This document shows, piece after piece, positions 29,397-38,697 of a DNA stretch of 64,000 bases (its first letter is position 1; the number at the start of each line of letters is the position of its first letter). The position numbers and the translations under genes were made by a program. This stretch comes from Caldisericota bacterium. GTDB lineage: Bacteria > Caldisericota > Caldisericia > JAAYUI01. The stretch lies in NCBI GenBank assembly GCA_029548865.1, contig JAKPMO010000024.1, positions 32,001 to 96,000 on the forward strand. The letters are read 5' to 3'. The notes beneath the pieces are model-generated. The model worked only from the letters and a program-made list of their open reading frames with translations, searched no databases and was not told the DNA's origin.

Positions 29397-30592
29397 TCCC
29401 TCCTGACCAGCCTCACATATCTTCTCTTGCCAACTTTTATCAGAACGGGTTTTTTGGGTTCATGTATTTCTTTTGTAGGGTCATCTATCAACTCTTCGTC
29501 AATCTTCACTGCGTTTGACTGCACCAACCTTCTGGCTTCAGAGGTTGAGGGGACGAGCTCAAGTTTTGTCAAAAGCTTTGCAATCTGTATCGGGTAGTCC
29601 TCATGCTCAAGTGCTATATCCGGGATGTCGGAAGGCAGGGAGTGCTCCGAGAAAACCCTCAAGAATTCTTCCCTGCAGGATTTTCCAGCACCTTCACCAT
29701 GCCAGATGTCCACAACTTTTTCGGCCATCATCAGTTTTATGTCTCTGGGATTGACAACGCCACCTTCAAAATCTTTTGTTGCTTGTTCTATTGTGGATGG
29801 ATCGGCAAATGCGGCGTACTGAAGATAATTAACAATGAGGCTGTCTGGAATGCTCATCAGCTTACCGAACATGTTCGTGGGTTCGTCAAGCAGATCGACA
29901 GTGTTCCCGATGGATTTACTCATCTTTATGACGCCATCGGTACCAGGCAGTATTGGCATGGTCATCATGACCTGGGGCTCCATGCCCATTTCTTTCTGGA
30001 GTTCCCTTGCGGCAAGGAAGTTGAACTTTTGGTCTGTGCCGCCAATTTCCACATCTGCCTTGATTGCCACTGAATCAAACGCCTGAAAGACCACATAAAG
30101 CAGCTCGTGAAGATATATCGGCGCCTCGGCCTTCATTCTTTTTGTAAAATCATCACGTTCCAAGACTCTGGCAACAGTAAATTTTGCAAGGAGCTTTACT
30201 ATGTCCCTTCCTTCAAGTTTGCTAAGCCATTCGGAGTTGAACCTGACCATTCCACTTTGTGGTTCGAGAACCCTGATCACTTGATCAATATATGTCCTTG
30301 CGCTGTCCTTTATTTGCTCTTCAGAAAGTGGTTTCCTGGTTTCTTTGCGACCGGATGGATCACCAATCATTGCTGTGTAATCACCAATAACAAAAATAAC
30401 CTTGTGTCCCATATCCTGGAACTGACGAAGTTTTTTTAGTACTACAGCATGTCCAAGGTGAAGATGTGGCGCAGTTGGATCAGCTCCAAGCTTGATTATG
30501 AGCGGCCTGCCAAGTTTTAGCTTCTGTTCGAGACCGTCTTCGGGGATAATCTCGGCACAACCATATTTCAACAACTCCAGTTCTCTAGTCAT
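29393..30592 (-). CDS. tyrS: Tyrosine--tRNA ligase
   Basis: GADPTAPHLHLGH, GGTDQKFN, KMSKS, C-terminal S4 domain. Confidence 0.97.
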   Translation of the reverse strand: MTRELELLKYGCAEIIPEDGLEQKLKLGRPLIIKLGADPTAPHLHLGHAVVLKKLRQFQDMGHKVIFVIGDYTAMIGDPSGRKETRKPLSEEQIKDSARTYIDQVIRVLEPQSGMVRFNSEWLSKLEGRDIVKLLAKFTVARVLERDDFTKRMKAEAPIYLHELLYVVFQAFDSVAIKADVEIGGTDQKFNFLAARELQKEMGMEPQVMMTMPILPGTDGVIKMSKSIGNTVDLLDEPTNMFGKLMSIPDSLIVNYLQYAAFADPSTIEQATKDFEGGVVNPRDIKLMMAEKVVDIWHGEGAGKSCREEFLRVFSEHSLPSDIPDIALEHEDYPIQIAKLLTKLELVPSTSEARRLVQSNAVKIDEELIDDPTKEIHEPKKPVLIKVGKRRYVRLVRRD

Positions 30593-31223
30593 AGTTCACC
30601 CATGTATATGAGAATGTGGCGATGCCGATCAGGTAGAGAAACAATGATCCGGCCACCGCAGGGTTCCCGACGCCAAAAAGAAGCATGAGGGAACCTAAAA
30701 CAATAAAAGAAAAAGAAACTGAGCTATAAGCCTCGTATAGTTTGACCCTTGAATTTATAAAACCAAGGAAAAATGAGAGGAAGATCCCCGCCGAGGCAAA
30801 TGAGTTTAGAATTAGAAAAACATTGTTTATCAAACTGTTGTCAACCACAGTATTAGTCGATGAGGCGGCAAGGAAGATCATTCCAGACAAAAATGGTATT
30901 GCAGAAATAACAACTGACGTGGCTCTTTTTGAGAAAGAAGGGCTAGAGTTGTCAAATGCCATCGCATGGATAATACCAACACTAAAGCTGGCAAAAGCCA
31001 CAAAACCTACAACCATATAAGTATGGTTCTTTGTGATTGCCCAAAACAGGAACATAACAGAACCAAACAGCAAATCACAAAAAGCAAGAAACCATGCAAA
31101 AATGGCAAAATCATTCCTTCTATAGAGATATTTTCTGAGGCAATCCTGGGTAAGAAAGACGGCAAAAATTGAGGTCGCCGCAGAACATATCGCTGTCAGG
31201 AGGGTATACGAGAGCTGGTTCAT
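30585..31223 (-). CDS. Integral membrane protein with about 7 TM helices and no soluble domain
   Basis: Seven hydrophobic segments by eye; overlaps both neighbours. Confidence 0.75.
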   Translation of the reverse strand: MNQLSYTLLTAICSAATSIFAVFLTQDCLRKYLYRRNDFAIFAWFLAFCDLLFGSVMFLFWAITKNHTYMVVGFVAFASFSVGIIHAMAFDNSSPSFSKRATSVVISAIPFLSGMIFLAASSTNTVVDNSLINNVFLILNSFASAGIFLSFFLGFINSRVKLYEAYSSVSFSFIVLGSLMLLFGVGNPAVAGSLFLYLIGIATFSYTWVNYD

Positions 31224-32053
31224 TTTGAATCACCGATTGATGCCTTTTCCAGCGGAATATTGTTTCCCTTGGCATCAACCAGCGATATCAGCCCCTGTCT
31301 GTAGAGTTGTGTTATGACGATAGAAATGCGCTTCTGATCAAGATGAAGCCTCGCGGTAATTCTTTCAAGTGTATTGTGGCCATCGATTTGTTGGTACACA
31401 AGGTCCTGCATGGCAGTCTCTACGCCAACTTTTGGCGAAGCTATCCTGTTTTTTGGTACAAAAAGCGATTGCCCCCTATGCGGCTGTGGGATCAGTGTCA
31501 AATCAATAAGTTTGTATTTCAGCGAAGTGATTATCCCTGCCGATTTCAATGCAAACAGTATCCTGTATGTCGAGAGGTAACCAAGGCCAGATTTTTCTGC
31601 AATCTGCCTAGCATTGAGTTTTCCATCAACGAGTCTGAGGGTTTTCCAGTCATCAGGCTTCATGGTGAAATCTGATGAAGCCTCCTGTATATTGTCCTGC
31701 ACCTCAAAAACTTCGTCTTCAAAGAAGCCTTGCGATTTTATTACTTTCCATTCCTCAAGGAGTCTTGAACCCTGAATGAGAAGGGAATCAATCGGTTCAT
31801 AGATCGTCCTGAGGTCTATCCTCCCACGTTCATCGAACATAAATTCGCCTTCATCCCATATTAAAAGCTCAAAAAATGCTGCACTGCCAGTCAGTTTGGC
31901 AATGGAGCAATGGTAAAGCCTGCCAGCTTGGAAATAGCATTTGGCCTGCCTTTCACCATCATCAATCTTAAGGGCACCAGACTTGCCCTCCATGGTGATG
32001 AGCTGGAGTAATGAGTTCAGTTTGAAGCTTTTTATATCTCCGACAAGTGCCAT
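31220..32053 (-). CDS. DUF4388 (PatA-N-like) domain protein with two winged-helix-like repeats
   Basis: MALVGDIKSFKLNSLLQLI..KSGALKI..YFQAGRL..WDEGEFMF; repeats LVDGKLNARQIA and QIDGHNTLERIT. Confidence 0.8.
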   Translation of the reverse strand: MALVGDIKSFKLNSLLQLITMEGKSGALKIDDGERQAKCYFQAGRLYHCSIAKLTGSAAFFELLIWDEGEFMFDERGRIDLRTIYEPIDSLLIQGSRLLEEWKVIKSQGFFEDEVFEVQDNIQEASSDFTMKPDDWKTLRLVDGKLNARQIAEKSGLGYLSTYRILFALKSAGIITSLKYKLIDLTLIPQPHRGQSLFVPKNRIASPKVGVETAMQDLVYQQIDGHNTLERITARLHLDQKRISIVITQLYRQGLISLVDAKGNNIPLEKASIGDSK

Positions 32054-32178
32054 AGGCCCTCCAAAGTCGAATTATTCAAGTCAAGTTTAATATAGGAGTC
32101 GGTTTTGTCAACTTGACCCTGGGCAAAAAACATTTATAGACAAAGATTGGTACTTTGTTACAATCACTTCGAGGATCA

Positions 32179-33327
32179 ATGCAAAAACCAAACTTGCAGT
32201 TTTTAGGACTTTCTTTTTCGATTGTCATTGCCGCAATGGGTTTTCAGGTTGCGCCCTCTACAGTTATGGGGATCATAAAAGAGCTTAACTTCCTCAATTT
32301 TACACAAACTATACTGCTTGCAAATGCTCCCGCTTTTATGAGTGTGTTTGTAATGCTGCCCATTGGGAGGTTCCTGAATATAAAAAATCCCATCAGATGG
32401 TCATTGCCGGCAGGTATTCTGCTCGCATCCATTTCAGCATTACTCCTGTTCATGGCGAGCTATCCATTCATGCTCTCCCTCAGGTTTTTGGGCGGACTGG
32501 CAACAGCGCCAGCATATATAATTGGATCACAGCTTCCGCTGGTTGCTTTCCAGCCAGAACAAAGAAACCGGTTTTCGTCCATTCAAACTCTTGCTGCACC
32601 AATTGGAACAATACTTGTCGCACAAACTGGCGGCCTGGTTGCTTCCAGATTTGGACACACGCTTGTCTATATTGTTCCATTGTTGTTTAGTCTCATCGCT
32701 ATCATTTTTGCCATCAAATTGTGGAACGCAAAGCTTCCAGAGACAGAAAAACCCACGCAAAAAAATTCCTTGTTCCCTTCAGCAAGGATTCTGTTGATGG
32801 CAATAGTTTGGGCGCTTTTTTCTGGTGCCACAGCAGGTGCTTTTATAAACACCTCTACTGAAATCGGGGTTTCCGAGGGGCTTGGAAGATCAATCGCCTC
32901 ACTTGGTCCGCTATTTTTGATGGTTCCATCTTTTTTCATAAGTCCATGGGTAGGCTCAATGCTGGATAAGAAAATAAAAAGAAGAGATGCACTAATTGTT
33001 GCAGGATTGATTATGGCACTATCAATCCTTATTTTGCCAGCAGGAAAACCATTCTGGTTTGTTGGCTCAATCTTGCTTGGGCTGTCAGCATCATTCATTC
33101 CACCAGTGGTTTTTTCTTCACCAGGAAAGTTCGAGCCCCAGCACAACATGGCTTATGCACTCTCAATAATAAATCTTTTTGGAACGATAGGTCTTATAGC
33201 ATCAACACCCCTTGTTGGAACAATGAGGGATGCAACACAGAGTTGGCCAGCCACAATGATCGCAGTATCAGTTTTTTGTTTTGCAATATCGCTTACAGGC
33301 CTGGCTTTTACAAAGGAGCAAAAATGA
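32179..33327 (+). CDS. MFS transporter
   Basis: About 12 hydrophobic segments, LRFLGGL, VGSMLDKKIKRR; start uncertain (32155 TTG or 32179 ATG). Confidence 0.85.
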   Translation: MQKPNLQFLGLSFSIVIAAMGFQVAPSTVMGIIKELNFLNFTQTILLANAPAFMSVFVMLPIGRFLNIKNPIRWSLPAGILLASISALLLFMASYPFMLSLRFLGGLATAPAYIIGSQLPLVAFQPEQRNRFSSIQTLAAPIGTILVAQTGGLVASRFGHTLVYIVPLLFSLIAIIFAIKLWNAKLPETEKPTQKNSLFPSARILLMAIVWALFSGATAGAFINTSTEIGVSEGLGRSIASLGPLFLMVPSFFISPWVGSMLDKKIKRRDALIVAGLIMALSILILPAGKPFWFVGSILLGLSASFIPPVVFSSPGKFEPQHNMAYALSIINLFGTIGLIASTPLVGTMRDATQSWPATMIAVSVFCFAISLTGLAFTKEQK

Positions 33328-36300
33328 AAAAAGCAATTGTGATTATCGTAGGTGTTTTATTTATTCTGCAACCTCTGCCCAGGAGCACCAGCGCGCAGGA
33401 GAGCTGGTACCAGAAAGATGTCGAGATCGAGATACCACCGCAATCTGAAGTCTCAATCGACATAAAAGATGGGCTTCCCATTGTTGATGGGGTGAACAGC
33501 AAATGGTCTGAACTAAGGTGCCCGGAATGGGTCAGGGGCGACCTGACGCTTGCCTTCGAAAAGCTTTCAAAAACATCAACAAGGCTCTCTCCGTCCACGT
33601 TTGTGCAGGCAGCAACACTCCTGCCCGACAAAATCGAGGTGCTTACTATCTCATCATCTGGCAGAAAACCGGACGTCATAAGAGTGGGTGATTTTGAAAA
33701 AATGCCCATCCTGCCAGATTCAATCGATAATGGCGCCAGGCTTGCAATTGCAGACATTGATGGTGACGGAAATTCCGACCTTGTAGTGTGTCCCAAAAAC
33801 GGTGGCTGGTACTATCTTAAGGGTCCAAGTTTTTCTGTGCCTGCGCAATCCGAGCAAACAGGCGACAGGGAATGGCTTTCCCCAATGACAATCCCATCTA
33901 CACCAGACAAGGTGGTTTTTGCAAAAAACAGCGACACTTCGAAGGGCATGATCTATTACGATGGAACAGAAATAAAGAAACTGGACCAGACAAACTTTAC
34001 AACGATGCTCCCAAATACTTTTGCAACACTATGCTCAAAAGGCATGATCTATGTTGACCAGTTTGGAGTGATTCGTCTTGTAGAGTCAAAAAATGGCACA
34101 CCTTCAGGGTATTCATCCTCAACCGATACAATAATGCCATCATTTGATGATGAAGTAAGGCTTGCCTTCTCAGACAACCTTCTCATAGCAGGTAACAATG
34201 ACGGAATTCTTCTTTCAATGGAGAGAAACGGAACAGACTTCACCTTCCAGAAAAAAGAACTTGGCACAAAACTTGTTTTTGGAAGGGACCTCAGCCCCTG
34301 CCTTGCTGACATGAACGGTGACGGAAAGGTGGACCTGGTCTGGAGAGACAGTACAGGTATATACGTCTCAGATGGGCCAGATTTCACCAAGAAAACGAAA
34401 CTCTCTGTCACATCAGCCGGGCCAATTGCCGTGGGTGACCTGAACGGCGACAAAAAACCAGATATTGTCACCACCGAGAAATCGTCCATCAAAATATTGA
34501 TTGGGCCAAGTTTTAATCCGCTTGGTAATCAGCCAAATGCTGAATGTGGCGAGTATGTCTCACCTTCGATCGGCGACCTTGATACCGATGGCAAGGCAGA
34601 CATTGTCCTCGGCAATGAAAAAGGCCTGCTTTGCTTCCTCAAGGGCCCTGATTTCAAGAAAACTTCCCTTACCGATGGCATCGATGTTGGCGATTACTCG
34701 AATCCCTGCATTGCCGATGTTGACCAGGATGGCAAGGTCGAGCTGGCAATCGCAAATGTCGATGGAAGGGTGATCGTTTACAAATACAACGCCGGGGAGC
34801 TCCAGGAGTTCAGGTCCTGGTCATTCATCCCAACGCCACCCTTCATGACAAGAGCAGATTATTTCACAAAATACTACAGGGAGTCTTCAATACTGCCCTG
34901 GGACGATGACAAACAGGCCATTGAGACATACAAGAAACTGCTGCAGGAATGCCCCGAAAAATATCTAGATGAAGTCGCGTTCTCCATTGCAAACACAAAC
35001 CCGGAAGTTTTGAGGCTTGTTGTCAGAATGGGACAGCAGAGTGTGTTCCTGAGAAATGCAGTCTCAATCTACGAGGCGGACAAGAAGCTTGGATACGTCG
35101 AAATCGTTGAAAAGGGTGACTGGACAACTTGTGCCTACCAGACATCTGAAGGAAGGATTGAGCTTTCTAAGGACGACTATTACTGGTTTGTTGTCCACCC
35201 GCGCGTGTACTACGAAATGCCAATTGCCGTCAATGCGTCATGGTGGGAAAAAGGGCCCGATGACTACGGGATCACAAAAGAGGCATGGTGGCAGCACCAG
35301 GAAAACATATTCGAAGGGAATGGCGTTTTCTGGAGAGAAGGCATGGCCACAGACACAAAATCATACGGCGATTCTATGATAAACACCGCATCAAAAGGAA
35401 AAACACTTGAAGAGGCCATAACAAATCTCCACATTCTTGTTAATCCAGGCAAAAAAGACTCCAAAAACACTTTCGGCTATCTAACGCAGGACCTCTATCC
35501 ATGGCACATATTCAGGAAACGCTATGGCTCATGCGGTGAGCAATCGATCGTGTTCTGCGCAATTGCCAGGACAGCACTCATTCCATGCTATGTCGTTGCC
35601 GACAGGGGTGAAGACCACCAGTGGAACGAGGTCTGGCTCCCGCAAGGGTGGACACATCTTGAGCCAAGTGCAGGCGACACCAACTTCTTGGACGAACCAT
35701 GGGGCTCCTCGGAGGGGTTTGACCACAAGGCAAAAACCACATCGACAGTAATGGGCTGGCGTGGTGATGATTCTTATTTTGACGTCACAACCACGGTGCA
35801 CAACCAGAAAGACAAAAAGTACAACCAGAAAGGCTCTGGTTACACCGACACAGCAAAGGTCGTATTTACAGTTACCGATGCCGACAATCAACCGGTCGAA
35901 GGTGCAATGATTGTTGCAAGGTCGGGCTGGCAGGCAAGAAACATGATATCGTTCTGGAGGTACACAAACGCCGAGGGAAAATGCACATTTGATCTTGGCT
36001 ACGAGCCCTATTACATCATTGACTGTATAACAAAATATGGTTTCACAGGTCTTTCACGCTTTGTGGTCAACGAAGGCTCCTCTTATAATGTGAAACTCTC
36101 TGTTCCAGGACGCATTGGAAAACAAAACCAAGCTCCAGAAGTATTCTCATCAAAAGAAACCAGCGTAAAATTGGAAATGCTGGAAAATTCGGACGAACTG
36201 AGACCTCCGAATTTCATAAGCGGCGGAGGATACACCCCTGGAAGCTACACTTTTGAAAAATACAGCTACATGGGCACATTCTTCTCAAAGGTCAAAGTCG

Positions 36301-37088
36301 AAGCGACCCCGATAAAGGTTTCCACAAATGGCAAAAACTACACCATGGGCAACACAGCATTTCTCGACCCGCAAAAACCCCTGAAGCTGGTAAACGATTC
36401 AGATAAAACCTGGAAAAAAATCAAAATCCGCTTCACCTTCTCGGCAAAAGAATTCAAGCTGGACATCAAAACGTCAGAGAAAGGGATAAAAGTAAACAGC
36501 GGCAGCCCGTTTAAGCTTGAAGCAAAAATTGAAAACACAACGCCAGTTGTTGGCTTCTACTGGTCATGGGACAGCAAAAACTGGAACAAACTAGACAAAG
36601 AAGGCGCAACAATCGAAACTGGGCTGGGTGGTGCACCAAGCCCAGGCAAGAAAACAATAAACCTCAAAACCGTGGCGCTTTTCAAGGACACGACCCAGGA
36701 GGTAACAAAGACGTTCGAGATTGAGCTTCTCCCAACAAACGAATTCAAAAACCAGCCTGTGTTCCAGGACCCGCCAAACCAGCTTGAAGGCTCTTCGTGG
36801 AAGCTCCAGTCATTCAAGATTCCAAAGGGCGAAAGGTACCTGATGATAAAAACAGACAGCCAGTCACCAGGGCTTGATCTTGACGTGTTCCTTTATCTGG
36901 ACAAAAACGGCGATGGCAAACCGACGGAGGACGAGCAAATCAGTGTCTCAAACGGGCCAACCTGCCAGGAGAGAATCCTCATAAACAATCCAACCGAAGG
37001 CCCATACATACTTCTTTGTCAGGGATGCACATGCCCCACTGAAAATTCTACATTTGATGTGAAACTTTCCTGTATCCCAATCTGGTAA
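33324..37088 (+). CDS. Secreted FG-GAP/VCBS-repeat protein with transglutaminase-like (papain-fold) domain and C-terminal beta-sandwich domains
   Basis: Signal peptide; repeats DIDGDG, DMNGDG, DLNGDK, DLDTDG, DVDQDG; catalytic-like YGSCGE...DHQWNEVW...GWTHLEP; ATGA overlap with MFS stop and AAGGAG RBS. Confidence 0.8.
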   Translation: MKKAIVIIVGVLFILQPLPRSTSAQESWYQKDVEIEIPPQSEVSIDIKDGLPIVDGVNSKWSELRCPEWVRGDLTLAFEKLSKTSTRLSPSTFVQAATLLPDKIEVLTISSSGRKPDVIRVGDFEKMPILPDSIDNGARLAIADIDGDGNSDLVVCPKNGGWYYLKGPSFSVPAQSEQTGDREWLSPMTIPSTPDKVVFAKNSDTSKGMIYYDGTEIKKLDQTNFTTMLPNTFATLCSKGMIYVDQFGVIRLVESKNGTPSGYSSSTDTIMPSFDDEVRLAFSDNLLIAGNNDGILLSMERNGTDFTFQKKELGTKLVFGRDLSPCLADMNGDGKVDLVWRDSTGIYVSDGPDFTKKTKLSVTSAGPIAVGDLNGDKKPDIVTTEKSSIKILIGPSFNPLGNQPNAECGEYVSPSIGDLDTDGKADIVLGNEKGLLCFLKGPDFKKTSLTDGIDVGDYSNPCIADVDQDGKVELAIANVDGRVIVYKYNAGELQEFRSWSFIPTPPFMTRADYFTKYYRESSILPWDDDKQAIETYKKLLQECPEKYLDEVAFSIANTNPEVLRLVVRMGQQSVFLRNAVSIYEADKKLGYVEIVEKGDWTTCAYQTSEGRIELSKDDYYWFVVHPRVYYEMPIAVNASWWEKGPDDYGITKEAWWQHQENIFEGNGVFWREGMATDTKSYGDSMINTASKGKTLEEAITNLHILVNPGKKDSKNTFGYLTQDLYPWHIFRKRYGSCGEQSIVFCAIARTALIPCYVVADRGEDHQWNEVWLPQGWTHLEPSAGDTNFLDEPWGSSEGFDHKAKTTSTVMGWRGDDSYFDVTTTVHNQKDKKYNQKGSGYTDTAKVVFTVTDADNQPVEGAMIVARSGWQARNMISFWRYTNAEGKCTFDLGYEPYYIIDCITKYGFTGLSRFVVNEGSSYNVKLSVPGRIGKQNQAPEVFSSKETSVKLEMLENSDELRPPNFISGGGYTPGSYTFEKYSYMGTFFSKVKVEATPIKVSTNGKNYTMGNTAFLDPQKPLKLVNDSDKTWKKIKIRFTFSAKEFKLDIKTSEKGIKVNSGSPFKLEAKIENTTPVVGFYWSWDSKNWNKLDKEGATIETGLGGAPSPGKKTINLKTVALFKDTTQEVTKTFEIELLPTNEFKNQPVFQDPPNQLEGSSWKLQSFKIPKGERYLMIKTDSQSPGLDLDVFLYLDKNGDGKPTEDEQISVSNGPTCQERILINNPTEGPYILLCQGCTCPTENSTFDVKLSCIPIW

Positions 37089-37094
37089 AACCGG

Positions 37095-37135
37095 TTGACA
37101 ACAAGCGTGCCGGATTTTAACATAATCCGGCACGC
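37095..37135 (+). promoter_or_regulatory. tRNA promoter TTGACA-17-TAACAT enclosed by a 12-bp perfect inverted repeat
   Basis: GCGTGCCGGATT(37105-37116)-TTAACAT-AATCCGGCACGC(37124-37135). Confidence 0.7.
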
Positions 37136-37207
37136 GCCCATAGCTCAACTGGACAGAGCGGTGGCCTCCGGAGCCGCAGGTTAGGGGTTCGAATCCCCTT
37201 GGGCGCG
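37134..37207 (+). tRNA. tRNA-Arg(CCG), CCA not encoded
   Basis: GCGCCCATAGCTCAACTGGACAGAGC, loop CTCCGGA, GTTCGAATCC. Confidence 0.96.
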
Positions 37208-37837
37208 CTTTCTTTTTATGACATATATCCCAGCGCATTCGGAAATTTGAGAATAGAACACCAGATAGCCCAAATCAGAAATTCTTTTTACAAGAATATT
37301 TGCATCCCAGTAAAATTCGTCATCGTCCCAAAGATCAAGGTATCTGTTTTTGCATTCGTCAAGTTTGATGCGGTTTTCAAATGAGATGTCACCAATAACC
37401 ATGAATCCCGCTTCTTTTATGTGATAATTAAAACATTTTTCGATTATCTGGAGCTTTGTTTCGTCACAAAATTCATGAAATAGATAATTTGAAACTACTC
37501 TGTCAAATTTCTGCCCATCCAGAAAATCAAATGGTTTTGTGACATCGGCTTGGAATATCCTGGCTCCTGGAACATTAGCTCTGCATATTTCAGCCATTTT
37601 TGGCGAGAAATCAATCCCAAAAACGTTTCTTGCAATATCCGCATACAACACGGCAAGTGCTCCCGTACCAATGCCGAGTTCCAACACAGAACATTCCTCG
37701 CCAATATTTGAATGGTTTAGAACAGAAAGAAGTGTGTCCCTGAAACCAATAAAGGGGAATTCATTGTTTCCCGTGCAGTCATCATATCGGGCCGACCACT
37801 TGTCAAAAAGATCCAGTCTTTCTGACCGATCAGTCAC
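37181..37837 (-). CDS. Class I SAM-dependent methyltransferase
   Basis: VLELGIGTG, GIDFSPKM, FDRVVSNYLFH, IGDI. Confidence 0.88.
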   Translation of the reverse strand: MTDRSERLDLFDKWSARYDDCTGNNEFPFIGFRDTLLSVLNHSNIGEECSVLELGIGTGALAVLYADIARNVFGIDFSPKMAEICRANVPGARIFQADVTKPFDFLDGQKFDRVVSNYLFHEFCDETKLQIIEKCFNYHIKEAGFMVIGDISFENRIKLDECKNRYLDLWDDDEFYWDANILVKRISDLGYLVFYSQISECAGIYVIKRKRAQGDSNP

Positions 37838-38300
37838 TTGGCTGAATATTTTTGGATTTTTGGGACTGGGATTTTAGATAATCCCTTATTTTTGCAGCGT
37901 CTTCAAAACGCTCTTCTTGGATGGCCCTTTCAAGGTCACTTTTGAGCGATTCGGTACTTTCCCTGGAGAGCGAGAATTCATTTATAATCGCACCAAGCCT
38001 CTCCTTGAAGGCAATGTAGCAAGCCGGGCAACCAATATAATTGTCTTTTACAAAGGCAAGGTATTTTTTGCCACAATTGGGGCAAGCCAGATCAATATCC
38101 TTCTGCTCCCTTGCCTGTGCAACCACGCTTGAGAGCCAGTCAGAAACACCCTTTTGGCCAAAAGTGGCCTGGGCCCTCCTTGACTCCAGCATTTTTTTTG
38201 CGCAATCATCGCATATATATAATTCAAGGACTTTCGTTGAGCCTATCACCTGAACATAGTGCCCAGTCGCTTCCTTTTGTTTGCAAATCTGACAAAGCAT
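37830..38300 (-). CDS. mcsA: McsA-like UvrB/UvrC-motif protein (arginine kinase activator family)
   Basis: CQIC, CDDC, CPNC, GCPACY and C-terminal AIQEERFEDAAKIRD. Confidence 0.85.
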   Translation of the reverse strand: MLCQICKQKEATGHYVQVIGSTKVLELYICDDCAKKMLESRRAQATFGQKGVSDWLSSVVAQAREQKDIDLACPNCGKKYLAFVKDNYIGCPACYIAFKERLGAIINEFSLSRESTESLKSDLERAIQEERFEDAAKIRDYLKSQSQKSKNIQPSD

Positions 38301-38342
38301 TTACACTTCCTTTCAAAACCAATTATAATATAGGGGAATCAG

Positions 38343-38690
38343 ATGTCCACCATTAAAGGAATAGGTTTTGACCTAGTAGATTGTGACAGATTCAGGGCCA
38401 TGGCCCAAAAAAGGCCGACCCTGATTGAAAGGCTTTTTTCTCCGGAAGAAATTGCCTATGCGAACAAATATTCGGACCCGACGGTCCACCTTTGCGCATG
38501 CTTTGCGGTCAAGGAGGCCTACCTAAAAGCGCTTGGGACTGGAATCAATGGCCAGGTGCTAAAAAATATAGAGATGGGACATGAAAAAACCGGGACCCCC
38601 TTTGTCACCATTTCTGGTGAGAGGGTCCCGGCGCTCGTTTCAGTAAGCCACACCGACAAGACTGCCGGTGCTGTCGTGATACTCTTCTAG
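38343..38690 (+). CDS. acpS: Holo-[acyl-carrier-protein] synthase
   Basis: GIGFDLV, FAVKEAYLKALGTG, VSVSHT. Confidence 0.92.
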   Translation: MSTIKGIGFDLVDCDRFRAMAQKRPTLIERLFSPEEIAYANKYSDPTVHLCACFAVKEAYLKALGTGINGQVLKNIEMGHEKTGTPFVTISGERVPALVSVSHTDKTAGAVVILF

Positions 38691-38697
38691 ATTGTCG

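Noticed and set aside
30592..32110. T-box riboswitch upstream of tyrS
   Set aside because: tyrS overlaps the upstream gene, so there is no leader space, and no T-box motif was seen
36948..37238. Minus-strand 96-aa ORF
   Set aside because: Antisense translation of tRNA-Arg(CCG) and the end of the upstream gene
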